Source: Azolla caroliniana (lineage: Eukaryota; Plantae; Polypodiophyta). From it: a stretch of 64,000 nt of DNA. The stretch covers positions 22,641 to 86,640 of the forward strand of contig JBHGNT010000104.1 in NCBI GenBank assembly GCA_043228905.1. Direction: 5' to 3'. The position numbers were made by a program, and so were the translations under genes. The notes beneath the pieces were generated by a model. That model saw only the letters and a program-made list of their open reading frames with translations, did no database searches and was not told the origin of the DNA. Positions 22,774 to 35,054 of this stretch are shown in pieces (positions within the stretch are counted from its first letter, which is position 1; each line of letters begins with the position of its first letter).

Positions 22774-25647
22774 CCACTGTGGAGTGTCCACCCTCCTGAT
22801 GAGAAGCCGGCATAGATGCCATGCCGTCTTCGTCCAATTGTCCGATTGAGATCAACGGTCTTGAGAGCTCCAGTACATGTCAAACATTGTGTAGTAGTAG
22901 TGTAGAGCCACTCAGAAGATTGATCTCTACTGTGTCGATTCTGATTATGGTGCTATGTTGCAAATTTCCGACTCCAATTGAGTTGGAATGTCAGGCTGAG
23001 TATTGACGAAATTGGGATCGATGAGGGTGGTTGGAATTCGGTCTCTACAGATGGGATCCGGTGATGAATAAAGAGGACCCGGTGAGAACCGGAAGAGATC
23101 CGGAAACAGAGAGGAGACTCGGTGAGAACCGGAAGAGAAGACATATCTGTAAATATGTTTTGAGTAAGCCTATTGAGGCTATATTTGTAAATAGCCCTAA
23201 GTTCATATAAGTATAAATATGACTTAGGGCAATCACTTTGTAAGGTTGTTGTAGTTGTCATACTATTGTAATTCTTGTACAGAGAGCGACAAAGAGAGAG
23301 AGTCTGTGAGATATAGAGAGATACTTTGTTGTAACCGTCGGTTGGAAGATACAGAGCTCGAGGTCGTTGCCTCCGAGGCTTTGATTGTACCTTTCTCCCA
23401 TAGTGATAGTTGGAGTCTGTGGGCTCCCGTGGTTTTTTCCCTATTTGGGTTTTCCACGTAAACATCCTATGTATTTTTGTTGTGTACTCTCCAATTCCCA
23501 TTTCTGTGTTTCACTCTCATAGAAGTGATTCAAGACTTGGTTGTGGTCGAGCAATATTCCGTACTAATCCTCGACAAGTGGTATCAGAGCGAATAACATT
23601 GGAAATGGAAGAATCATTCGGCGGCATGTTCAAGCTCACCGGCTCCAACTACTCATTGTGGAAGTCAAAGATGAGGGATATGCTGGTGGTTAAAGATCTT
23701 TGGTTGCTGGTTCAGTTTGGGGACAAGAGACCGGATAAGATCGACGCCACAGTGTGGGAGGTGATGCACATAATGACATACATCCGATGCTCCATCGACA
23801 TTAGCCTGTACAACAACTTCAATGAAGAGAGCAAGGCTCATGAACTCTGGGAGAAGATCAACATCATGTTCTAGAACAAGAATGTTGTTAATCGGGTTTT
23901 GGTAGTCTGGAAGCTAGTGAGGCTCTGGTACCAGGACGACTTCAATATGATGGAGCACATGAATGCCTTATAGGGGCTGATACACCAGGCAACCTCGTTG
24001 GAAGTACCTCTCGACGATGAGGTACTCACATTGCTCCTGCTTGGCTCCCTCCTGGATAGCTGGGAGACATTAGTTGTCACGTTGGGCAACGCCGGGCCGG
24101 AAGGAAAACAGTTGTCCCTAGCAAGGGTAAAATCAAGCTTGCTAGATAAAGAAGTTCGCCGGAAGGACCGGGAGTCCGGAACCGATCCGAAGGCCTTGGT
24201 CACAAAAGATGACCACGATCGGGGAAGAGGCCGATATCGGAGTCCCCAAAACCGGGACAAATCGGGGACGAGGTCGACGTCAAGGGGGAGGCCCACGTGC
24301 TTCTATTGTGGGAAGCCGGGACACTTCCAGAAGAACTGCCGGCATTTCCGGAAGGAGAAAGAAACCGACACTACCGATTCGAAGAAGAGTTCGGACCGAA
24401 ACGGTTCGGACCGGAGAGGCCCTGATCGGAAAGGAACATTGGCGATCATGACAAGTGAAGAAGAACTGATGCTCATTACCGAAGAGAATGAGTTAAACCT
24501 TGTCGACGATGAGACAACATGGGTTGTTGATTCCGGAGCGTTGTTCCACCTAACACCGGATCGTAAATGCTTCTCATCCTACAGAGCCAGTGATCATGGT
24601 TGTGTCCGGATGGGGAATGAAGGCACATGCCGAATTATCGGCATAGGAGATGTGTTGTTGACGACATCAACCGGATGCAAATTGCTGTTGAAGGATGTCC
24701 GACACGTTCCGGAGGTTCGATTGAACCTGATATCAGCCAGTCGGCTAGATGATGAAGGCTACACGGGTAGCATCCAGAACGGTGTTATCAAGTTCAACAA
24801 GGGAAGCTTGATAGTGGTTCGAGCCCGAAAGATCAACACACTATACTTGATGAATGCCCGGATATGCCGGGAAGAAGTGAATGTAGCATCTGACACTACC
24901 GGTGAGCTGTGACACAAAAGTCTGTGTCACATGAGTCAGAAGGGGACGAAGAGGCTTGCCAAAGACAACCTCATTCCGGTGAAGGACGTGCAACTTGAGA
25001 AGTGCACTGATTGCTTGGTCGGCAAGCAAAACTGAACCTCCTTCCAGTCAAGACCACCGATGAGATGGAATGCACCACTAGAGCTGGTGCATACCGATGT
25101 GTGTCAAGTGGACACGAAGTCACATGCCGGATCGCAGTACTTCGTGACGTTCATAGATGACCACATCCAGAAGCTATGGGTCTCACCATTGAAGACGAAG
25201 GATCAGATGCTATCCGTCTTCAAGGTGCTCCACACGAGACTGGAAAGAGAAACCGGTGTTACCGGCCGGCAAGGAGTCCAAAATACGGAGTGAAGGAATT
25301 AATTAAGTATGGTTGTAAATAAGCATAGTGTGGACGGACGGACTGGAAACGGTATGCCGTTCCAGATCCGGACGGATCCCGAATAGGTGCGATAGGCACC
25401 GTTTTGTACTACGGGCCGGAAACCTATTTAAAGGCCCGGACCCCATTGTAATCGCAGCGGATAATTAATAGAGCGTATGGTGTTTATACTTCTGTGTTGA
25501 TTTCCGTTCTGTAATTATTGTTATATCTTACGCGTGTAATTAACAAAAGCGCTCTAATCGTGTAACCTACGTAAGTCGGTGTAATCGTTGAGTCATAATC
25601 CTATGCCGTAATCACCCTTTGGTGAAGTGTCTCCGTGACACCTTGTG

Positions 25648-28600
25648 TTAGGCCTTGTCCGTATCCGTCCATTGGAACGGTGTCCGATGTACCGCGGTGT
25701 GTAATGGTGTAGCCAAGTCAGCCAAGTGACGGAGCATCCGGCTGTGCCACCGGATCTGTCCTAAGAATCGGCTTAGTGCTTTGGTCGTTTTCGGCGCCGG
25801 TGCCCCTAGTATCGCGTTTACTTTGTCCGGGTCAACCGCAATGCCCTCCTTACTTACAATGTGTCCCAGTAAGATTCCACTTGAAACCCCAAAGATGCAT
25901 TTTGCTGGGTTTAAGCTTAGCCGGTATAACCTACACTTTTCAAGGCATAACCGTAGGTGCTGCAAATGGTCTTTTTCCCGGCTATAGACTGCAAAGTCAT
26001 CCAGGAAAACCTGCATGAAGGCTGGAATGTATTCGCCGAAGATCTCCATGATGATTCGCTGGAAAGTTGCTGGTGCCGTTTTTAGTCTGAACATCATTAC
26101 TACGGCCACAAACAACCCCCATTCGGTGACGAACGCTGTCTTCTCCTGGTCGTCAGGGTGCATCCGGATTTGATTGTATTCGCTGAACCCGTCTAAAAAG
26201 CTATAAACTTCATGGCCGGCGACGGCATCCAGTACTCCATCTGTGAACGGAAGAGGGAATGCATCCGTAATTGTGGCTGCATTTAGTTTCCTGTAATCTA
26301 CACACACGCGGATTTTACCGTTCTTCTTTGGGACGACGACGATGGGGCTCAGCCACGTCGCTTTCTTTACCGGCCGGATGAAGCCCACTCTTAGGAGTTT
26401 GTCGATTTCCTCCTTCACTTTGGCGGCGTAGTTGGGGTTCATTCGGTAACGTCTTTGCGCCACTGGTTTCGCGTCCTTGCCTAAGTGGATCTGATGCTGA
26501 TATAATTGAGGGTCCAGCCCTCGCATGTCTTCGTATGACTAGGCGAATACGTCGCGAAACTCCGTGAGAAGTTTGATCATTGCCGCTTTATCTTCCGGCT
26601 TCATTTCTTTGGCGATGTGTACCGGCTTTGATTCGTCCTTGCTTCCTAGGTTCACTTCATCGAGCTGGGATGTTTTTACCCGTTGGGAAACGGCCATTTC
26701 CCGTTCCAACGCTTCCTGTGCTTGCCGTAATTCTCGAATCGAATCTTTGTCTGGTTCGGCTTCGGTTTCGTCCCGCTGCGGCAAGTATGGCGCTACGGCT
26801 TCAGCCACGTCAATCTCGAAAAGTGGTACGATCTTCGGGTGTTCCTCCAAGTACTGGGCTTCTTCATCGTCTGCCAACCCTTCAAGCATGTTCACGCATT
26901 CCGCATACAGCGGTGTGCATTCCTTACCGTTGCTCGTCTGTGGTTGTGTCGGTACCCGGACCTTGGCTTTTCCGCGCCGGAAGGTAATCATATTTTTCCG
27001 CCAATTTTGCTTGATGTGTGCTGTTTTCAACCATGGTCTGCCCAGCAACAGTGGGTACGCGCCTTGCGCCTGTAGCTGCAGCACTACAACCGAGATGTGA
27101 AATGTGTGACCTCCTATGGTGACTTCCAATTTCCGTATTAAGCCCGTCGGCCGTACAGAGCTCGTATCCGCCATCCGTAGCCAGAACGGACATGGCTCCT
27201 ATTCATGTATACCCAAGGCATCACACGTGCGGAGGCTTATTACGTTCACCCCGGAACCTCCATCGATTACTGTGCCGGGAAGTTCGTGCCCTTTGACAAT
27301 AGCTGTAATCACCGGACTACTAGTGTCCACCACCGTCGGTCCCTCCTCCGGATTCGAGAAGAGGACTGGTGCCGGTGGGGCTATACCGTCTGTCATGACC
27401 GTTTTTAGTCCTTCCGTAAATCGCGGCACGAGCTGCAAGAGTCTTCCTAATGGCAACGTGATCTGACATTCTTGCAGTACTTGCCATGTCTCGTTTTCTG
27501 CGTGGCTACCGCCGGCACTCCCTATGGTATTCGCCTTTTGCCGTTCCGCGTCCGCGACGTTCCTTTCATTGGCTTCCTTCACCCATTCCGTCGCCTGTTT
27601 TCGTATGGCCTCTTGTGTTTCCCACTCTTTGGCCATGCCTTTCGACCGTGTGGTTACTTGCTGTACATCCGCCACTTCCGGAACCACCATATTAACTGCT
27701 GGTCGTTTATCGTAGCTCTTTGCCGGGCACTGGTTACTGTAGTGGCCTTCCTGCCTGCAGTAGTAGCAGTACTCTTTACGGGTATTGCTGGATTCAGCAT
27801 TGCTGGTAGCCGGAGTCAGTCCCGTAGTGAGTGGTGCGTTCTGTGCCGGTTGGCTCCTTGGGGTTCCATGTTCCGGGTCCCTAGTGTGACCACCTTTCTT
27901 GAAATTACGTTTCTTATTATTCTTATTTTTATTTCGGTAGTCCTGTTGTGGTGGATCGTAAAATCGGCCGTAGTCCTCCTGGTGCCTTCGGTAACCAGGG
28001 GAATGGTCTCTGTCGTATTGCTCGTGTCGTCTGTTGGACTCCCGATAACGGTCCGATCGCTCATACCGGTCGTAGTTATCATGCCGATCCCCGTACCGGC
28101 CATCATTCTCTTGTCTGTCTCCGTACCGGACATCCTGTGCCGGTCGGTACCGGTTCATTCTTTGCCAACGATCTTCATCTTCGTCTCGGCTGCTTCTTGG
28201 CTCGATCCGTCGAACGGGTGGTGCTTGTCGGTTTAGCAGGTTATACTCGCACCGGTCCGTTGTATGACTCTTGGATTGACAAATCACACACTGGGTTCGC
28301 ATGGTGCACTCCACTGCCGAGTGTCCGGCATTCAAGCAAATTGTGCATTGAATTGCCTGCCGGAACCGGAGATCTTCATCTGTGGGTAACGCCCGTTGCA
28401 GTGCTCCCAGTGTAAGCCATGAGCTTGACTTTTCCATTTCTCTGACCCGGTCAACGACCTGGTCAATGGTGCTTCCTCGAAAGTCGATCACCGTACACAC
28501 CGTGCGTAACGGTTCCCGGAGTGCGTTTAAAAATATCGTCCGTAATTCCTCCTCCGGGGGTGCACGGGTAAGCTGGCTATGTATTCGTTGGAAACGGATG

Positions 28601-28689
28601 ACGAATTGGGGAATGCTTTCCCCTGCCTCCTGTCGGATCGTATAAAACAGGCCCACCATCGTCGTCTGGTCGACCTCCTTGTGGAAAAA
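25648..28689 (-). pseudogene. Inverted gag(C-part)-protease-RT block of D
   Basis: ORFs 27199..28752, 26539..27174 and 25648..26526 share one frame, broken by two TGG>TAG stops. Motifs CYYCRQEGHYSNQC, IDGGSG and FLDD. Confidence 0.92.
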
Positions 28690-29045
28690 TATGATTACCT
28701 TCCGGCGCGGAAAAGCCAAGGTCCGGGTACCGACACAACCACGGACGAGCAACGGTACCCCATTGTAATCGCAGCGGATAATTAATAGAGCGTATGGTGT
28801 TTATACTTCTGTGTTGATTTCCGTTCTGTAATTATTGTTATATCTTACGCGTGTAATTAACAAAAGCGCTCTAATCGTGTAACCTACGTAAGTCGGTGTA
28901 ATCGTTGAGTCATAATCCTATGCCGTAATCACCCTTTGGTGAAGTGTCTCCGTGACACCTTGTGTTAGGCCTTGTCCGGTCAGAGAACAACACAGTTTTG
29001 GCGACCACGATTCCTGCTTTCTCGCAGCGAACGACGGCTTAATGG

Positions 29046-29960
29046 ATGACTAGACCAACGCACGACCTGGTTACAGACCGAGCTCGACGCCTCGCCGAAC
29101 GGCAAAGACGGCGTGAGACTTTCCAGCAAGCAGCGCACGAAATTCGCTCGGATCGTTCGTTCTCCAACGAGATCCGGAGAGTCGCGGAGGAATCTCTTCG
29201 GTTACAGCAAACTCGCGACCAGGACGACGAAAGCGGTCTAAGTAGTCTCCGGGAAACCGAACGCCTCCTCGAGGCGCTGGCAAGCGGAGAAAACGAGGCA
29301 GAAGCCTTTTCAGCCTACGAATCGGATTCCGAAGGGGGATACAGCGTGCACACGAACTACCGGAGTAGCAACGATACCCCCGGCGGCCCGGAGGACGACG
29401 GGTCGGATACCGTGCCGACTCCAGAACCGGAACCGTTCGACCAGGGCTATCCGGAACCGCAAACGGAAGCCGTCAACCCACCAACACCGGAAGTGGAAGA
29501 GGCAAAGCCACCGACACCAACGAAAGAGCCGGTGAAGGAACTGGAAGAAGAGCCGGTGAAGGAACCGGAAAAAGCACCGGAAAAAGAACCGGACGTGGAA
29601 CCGGAGAGAAAACCGGAAAGATATCAACAAACGCCACTAAACCGCGGCCTAATACTGGACGACGACATGCCGTTCCAATACTCAAAGTATCGCGATGATC
29701 CGGACGCGGAAGCGCATGTTCATGCCTTCGAGCAGACATGGGAAGCAAATCACGCGTCCCAGCGATTGACACCGGAGGAAGAAGAACGCTCAAAGATAGC
29801 GGAATTCGGGGTCACGTTGGAAGGACCAGCGGCACGATGGCGGCGGACGCAGGACCCGGCAACCATCACAACCTTTGCAGAATTAAAAGCAAAATTCTTG
29901 CATTTTTTCCAAAAGAAGGTTCGGACAGAGCTCCTCAGGCAACAACAGGCGGATAATTAA
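29046..29960 (+). CDS. N-terminal half of D gag, running into filler and R-U5
   Basis: Follows the PBS. HVHAFEQTWEAN...EFGVTLEGPAARW...ELKAKFLHFF continues logically into FFHKEVDQTT of the inverted block. Confidence 0.75.
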   Translation: MTRPTHDLVTDRARRLAERQRRRETFQQAAHEIRSDRSFSNEIRRVAEESLRLQQTRDQDDESGLSSLRETERLLEALASGENEAEAFSAYESDSEGGYSVHTNYRSSNDTPGGPEDDGSDTVPTPEPEPFDQGYPEPQTEAVNPPTPEVEEAKPPTPTKEPVKELEEEPVKEPEKAPEKEPDVEPERKPERYQQTPLNRGLILDDDMPFQYSKYRDDPDAEAHVHAFEQTWEANHASQRLTPEEEERSKIAEFGVTLEGPAARWRRTQDPATITTFAELKAKFLHFFQKKVRTELLRQQQADN

Positions 29961-30833
29961 TAGAGCGTATGGTGTTTATACTTCTGTGTTGATTTCCGTT
30001 CTGTAATTATTGTTATATCTTACGCGTGTAATTAACAAAAGCGCTCTAATCGTGTAACCTACGTAAGTCGGTGTAATCGTTGAGTCATAATCCTATGCCG
30101 TAATCACCCTTTGGTGAAGTGTCTCCGTGACACCTTGTGTTAGGCCTTGTCCGGTCAGAGAACAACAACCGGCCGGAAGTTGAAGGTGGTTCGAGCAAAT
30201 AATGGAGGACAATACCGGGGGTAGTTCGAGGAGTACTGCCGGTCGAAGGGAATCCGACTCGAGTTTACTGTGCCGAAGATGCCGGAACTAAACGGGCTGG
30301 CTGAAAGGATGAACCGAACCATAATGGAGAGAGTCCGGAGCATGTTAGCACATGCAAAGTTACCCAAGACATTTTGGGCTGAGGCGCTGACGACGATGAC
30401 TTATGTGATAAATAGATCACCCTCAACACCCTTGGAAGGAGACTCACCTCAGAAAGTATGGACTGGTAAAGATGTATCTTACCGGCATCTGAAGGTGTTC
30501 GAGTGTCTCGCATATGTGCATGTTGCAAAGGACAAGAGAGCAAAGCTGGCTATGAAGTCTAGGCCATGCATATTCCTTGGATACAACGATGATGAGTTCG
30601 GTTACCGGGTGTGGGATCTGGTTGACAAGAAGGTGTTCCGGAGTCGGGACATAGTCTTCATGGAAGACAAGACCATTGCTGACTGGGAGTCGGAGAAGGT
30701 GATGAACTTCGGATCATTCATTGAAAACTGGCTCGAGGACACAAGGACTTACCCGGTTGAAAACCAGACGCTAGCCGGTAACCGGATGACACTCGATGAA
30801 CCGACCGGACACAGACAAGAAATCGAACTGACC

Positions 30834-30898
30834 GAAGAAGAAGAAGAAGAAGAAGAAGAAGAAGAAGAAGAAAAAGAAGAAGAAGAAGAAGAAGAAGA
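30834..30898 (+). repeat. (GAA)n tract encoding poly-Glu in the IN-RT linker of C
   Basis: About 21 triplets, in frame. Confidence 0.95.
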
Positions 30899-33800
30899 CA
30901 CCGGAACCGGACAAGATCCCGAATCAGATTCGGATTCAGAACAAATGGAGGAACCGACAGTTAGAAACCAGGGACGAAGATATCCCCTCCGAGGGAGAAG
31001 AGCCCCCTTGAGATTTCTGGATGCAAAGCATGTGTTGCTAACCGATGAGGGGGAGCCGGAAAGCTTCGAAGAAGCAAAGAGAGACACCCACAACCACAAG
31101 TGGTTGAGTGCCATGCAGGATGAGATGGATTCCCTACATGAGAACCACACATATGAACTGACGGAGTTGCCGAAAGGGAAGAGAGCACTCCAGAATAAGT
31201 GGGTGTACAAGTTGAAACCGGGAGATGCCAGAAATCCACCTAGGTATAAGGCCCGAATCGTAGTGAAGGGCTTCTAGCAGAAGAAAGGAGTGGATTTCGA
31301 TGAGATCTTTGCCCCGGTAGTAAAGATGACATCCATCCGGACGGTATTGGGCATAGCGGCAAGCATGGACCTCGAGGTAGAGCAACTGGACGTCAAGACG
31401 GCATTCCTACATGGTGACCTCGAAGAGATCTACATGCACCAACCAAAGGGATTTGAGAGGAAAGGGAAGGAGCACCTGGTGTGCCAACTAAAGAAGAGCC
31501 TATACGAATTGAAGCAAGCCCCCTGGCAATGGTATCGGAAGTTCGACTCCTTCATGACCGAGCAAGGGTACCACAAAACACAAGCCGATCACTGCGTGTT
31601 TGTGAAGAAATTTGACAGAGGAGATTTCCTGATACTCCTAAATGTGGATGATATGCTGATCGTCAGACAAGACCAAGGCAAGATTTGGATGCTGAAGAAG
31701 GCTCTGAACCGAACCTTCTCAATGAAAGACTTGGGTTCAGCAAGACAAATATTGGGAATGCACATCATCCGAGACCGGTCGAAGAAGCTGTTGTGGCTGT
31801 CACAGGAGAAGTATGTGACAAAGGTGCTTCAACGGTTCAACATGTCGGAGGCGAAACCAGTCGGATCGACAATTCTGGCAAACTGCAAGTTATCTGGAAA
31901 ACAAAGCTCGAGGACAAAGGCGGAGAAGATGGATATGATGAAGATACCATATGCCCCTGCCGTCAGGAGCCGGATGTACGCAATGGTATGTACCCGACCG
32001 GATATCAGATATGCAGTTGGAGTGGTGAGCCGTTTCATGAGTAATCCCGGCAAAGAGCACTAGAACGCGGTCAAGTCGATACTCTGGTATTTGAAGGCAC
32101 CTTGAGTATGTGCCTCCGGTTTAGCTCTGGTAATCCCCAACTTGACGGATTCACGGATTCGGATATGTCAGCTGATGCAGATACCAGCCGGTCTACATCT
32201 AGATATGTCATGACCTATGCAGGGGGAGCTATTTTGTGGCAGTCAAGGCTGTCGAAGACGGTTGCATTGTCAACCATGGAGGTGGAGTACATGGAAGCTG
32301 TAGAAGCCGGTAAGGAGATAATTTGGATAAAGGAATTCATCGGAGAGCTAGGAATCCAACAGGAGGAATATCGGCTCTACTACGATAGTCAAAGTGCCAT
32401 CCACCTTGCAAAGAACATGGCCTACCATTCCCAGACGAAACATATCCAATGGAGGTACCACTGGATCTGTGAAAGAGTAGAAGATCAAGAGTTCGTGCTG
32501 ACGAAGATCCACACGGAGGAGAACATGTCGGACATGTTGACCAAGGTCTTGACAACCAACAAGCTGGACGCGTGCGGAAAGCGGATCGGGCTGACAAGAT
32601 ATCCCATGCCGGAGTGAAGGGGGAGATTGTTGGGAAACCGGTCTCTCCGGATGGGATCCGGTGATGAATAAAGAGGACTTGGTGAGAACTGGAAGAGAAG
32701 ACATATCAGTAAATATGTTTTGAGTAAGCCTATTGAGGCTGTATTTGTAAATAGCCCTAAGTTCATATAAGTATAAATATGACTTAGGGCAATCACTTTG
32801 TAAGGTTGTTGTAGTTGTCATACTATTGTAACTGTTGTACAGAGAGCGACAGAGAGAGAGAGTGTGAGATATAGAGAGATACTTGTTGTAACTGCTGGTT
32901 GGCGAAGATACAGAGCTCGAGGTCATTGCCTCCGAGGCTCTAATTGTACCTTTCTCCCATAGTGATAGTTGGAGTTCATGGGCTCCCGTGGTTTTTTCCC
33001 TATTTGGGTTTTCCACGTAAACATCCTGTGTATTTCCGTTGTGTACTCTCCAATTCCCATTTCTGTGTTTCACTCTCATAGAAGTGATTCAAGACTTGGT
33101 TGTGGCCAAGAAATATTCCGTGCTAATCCTCGACAGAGGGGTCACGTGATTTGAGGCGCCTGAATCCAAGAGCCATGTGCGCGATTCCTCTATCGTAAGT
33201 AGAATTTCTGATTCGACTGGGTTCTCAATGGATAGTATGTTTGGGTCGCTCGACAGTATTTCGGCGGAAGAGCCGACGTAATTGACCTCTTCATGCCGAC
33301 CACTCTTCTGATAAGCTCACTGAGCCTTTTCGATTTTAGCCTTGAGTGCGCAGCAATTGGCTTTGATGTGTCCGAGTTTCTTGCAATAGTTGCAAACTCA
33401 ATTATCCCGACATGTACAACGACTTCGCTGGTTGTTCGGCTGCCATGAAGAACCTCTTCCTTGGTTGTTCAATCTGTCGGTCGAACCTTGTACTACATAA
33501 GCATCGTTGGCCAAATCATTTGCAAATGATTTTCTCCAAGTTGCTTTAGTCAGAATTGCGCTTGTGACTGAGGAGTACTTAACAGTAGCAGTCGACGCAT
33601 TGCACAGTTGTAACGAAAGTTTCCCACGAAGGGGGGAGACTACTCAGAAGCAACATTGCTCTTAGTTCATCCTCGATAGTTGTCCCCTGAGCCACAATTT
33701 GGGAACTTAAGCTTTCGTACTCGTTCAGATGTGCCTAGACCGAGCCAGATTCTTTCATCCAATGATTATAAAAGCACCGAATCAGATATATCTTGGTTGC

Positions 33801-34927
33801 GGCTACCTGCTTCTCATAAGTATCCGACAATGTCTTCCATAGTTGAAAGGCAGTCGAACACGATTGCACCGTGAAGTACACAGACTTCGATAGGTGCATC
33901 CAAATTGTGGCTCAGACAATTCTGTCGAGTTTCTCCCATTCAAGCGACGTGTATCCTTTTGAGGCATTTTCGTTTTCGATGGGGTCGATTTGCCCATTGA
34001 CTATCAAGTAGTCTTGCATCTACTCCTTCCAGAAGTTGAAGTTCGATCCGTCGAACTTCTTCAGATTCATCTCTGATGAGTCGGATGTTGATGCCATCCA
34101 TGTCAGTAAGGTGAACTCTATTCGGGGTCGATTACGAACGGTGGTTGGGTGCAACCAACTGGCTCACCCGAATTGTTCTAGTTGGATTCGAACACAAGTT
34201 TAACTGATTTTGACTTGTTGGAGGATTCTGTTTGAGGTGGTTACAGTCGATTGACTTAGCCGAATTGAACACGAACATGCCGATTAGCCGATAGGATTTC
34301 GAATGTTGAGAGATTCGATCAAGAGTGACTATGACTGATCAACGTAGTCGAATTGGATCCAAATTTTGCAAATATCAAAAAACTGATCACAAATGTTTGT
34401 GCCAATTATCTAGGCCGATCCTGTTTCGGATGACTGCAACAATGAGAGGGACGGAGCCGACTGGTCCTCCCGAATTTCGTTCAACCGAATGAAACATGGA
34501 TTGGGGTTGTACCCTGGTGCCGACTTCGCTTCGAGTTGTTATGGTGAGTGAGTGAATAACGTCAGATGACCTATTTGATTTTCGCCTAACCGGATGAAGT
34601 GCAAGTGTGGCTTGATCAAGAGAAGGGTTTCACTCCAAACAACGACAATTACAAGGTCGAAGTACAACTGACTGACTTACTTCAAGAGTGATTTTGAACA
34701 ATGGGGTGCATACCTTCAGTTGTCTATCTTCGTCAAATATGATCTTGTTGTGAGTTGCCAATCGAGGTCTTCAAGGTGCACAGAGGAAGAGTTGTTGATG
34801 GAGATAAAGTAGACGGCGACAACAGAATCAAGAATACCAAGCTCTAATACTAGATGTTGAGAACACGGTCGTCTAGTGCAGAACAAATTAACATTCTTTT
34901 GAATAGAAGATCATAAACAAATACAAT

Positions 34928-35054
34928 TGTTGAGAGACAAGCTCAACATTGGGTGCGTAACCTAGTGCGTAGACTGGGTGTGTAAAACCGTACGCACAAT
35001 ATGGCCGTAGCGGTGTGTAAACCGAGAGGCCGTTAGAATGTTATTCCTCGTAGA
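34928..35054 (+). mobile_element. Truncated LTR start of the element F family, inserted in the A 5' LTR
   Basis: TGTTGAGAGACAAGCTCAACA...AGGCCGTTAGAA...ATTCCTCGTA is colinear with the minus strand of 40186 downward. Confidence 0.8.

Larger units (their letters stand above)
25257..30167. mobile_element. Element D: internally rearranged Ty3/gypsy insertion, TSD ACCGG
   Basis: TGTT...AACA ends; TSD at 25252-25256 and 30168-30172; host copia IN reads through the empty site (ERETG|RKLKVVR). Parts: LTR 25257-25661 (+); inverted gagC-PR-RT 25662-28689 (-); 75-bp forward piece 28683-28757; partial LTR 28758-28992; PBS at 28999; gagN 29046-~29911; ~37-nt filler; R-U5 29949-30167. Confidence 0.92.
23028..33135 (+). 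mobile_element. Element C: full-length degenerate Ty1/copia, TSD GAGGG
   Basis: LTRs 23028-23576 and 32628-33135. iMet PBS TGGTATCAGAGC at 23579; PPT GAAGGGGGAGAT. Gag (CFYCGKPGHFQKNC), PR (WVVDSGA), IN, RT, RH in copia order. Interrupted in IN by D. Confidence 0.95.
16308..34927 (-). mobile_element. Element A: degenerate Ty1/copia hosting nested elements B, C and D
   Basis: 3' LTR 16308-16646 with adjacent PPT. RH/RT/IN fragments 16880-19290 (QLDVKTTFLHGDLEEEIYM; KSTTGYCF). Protease at ~22780-23020. Gag at 33141-34098 (MASTSDSSEMNLKKFDGSNFNFWK). Degenerate iMet PBS at ~34840-34852. The 5' LTR starts at 34855, matches 16308 onward, and is interrupted at 34928. Confidence 0.88.

Noticed and set aside
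25257-30167. DIRS-like element (split or inverted repeats) or two independent nested gypsy insertions
   Set aside because: No tyrosine recombinase. It has TG...CA ends, a PBS, one 5-bp TSD, no internal TSDs, and the two gag halves are complementary parts of one gene.
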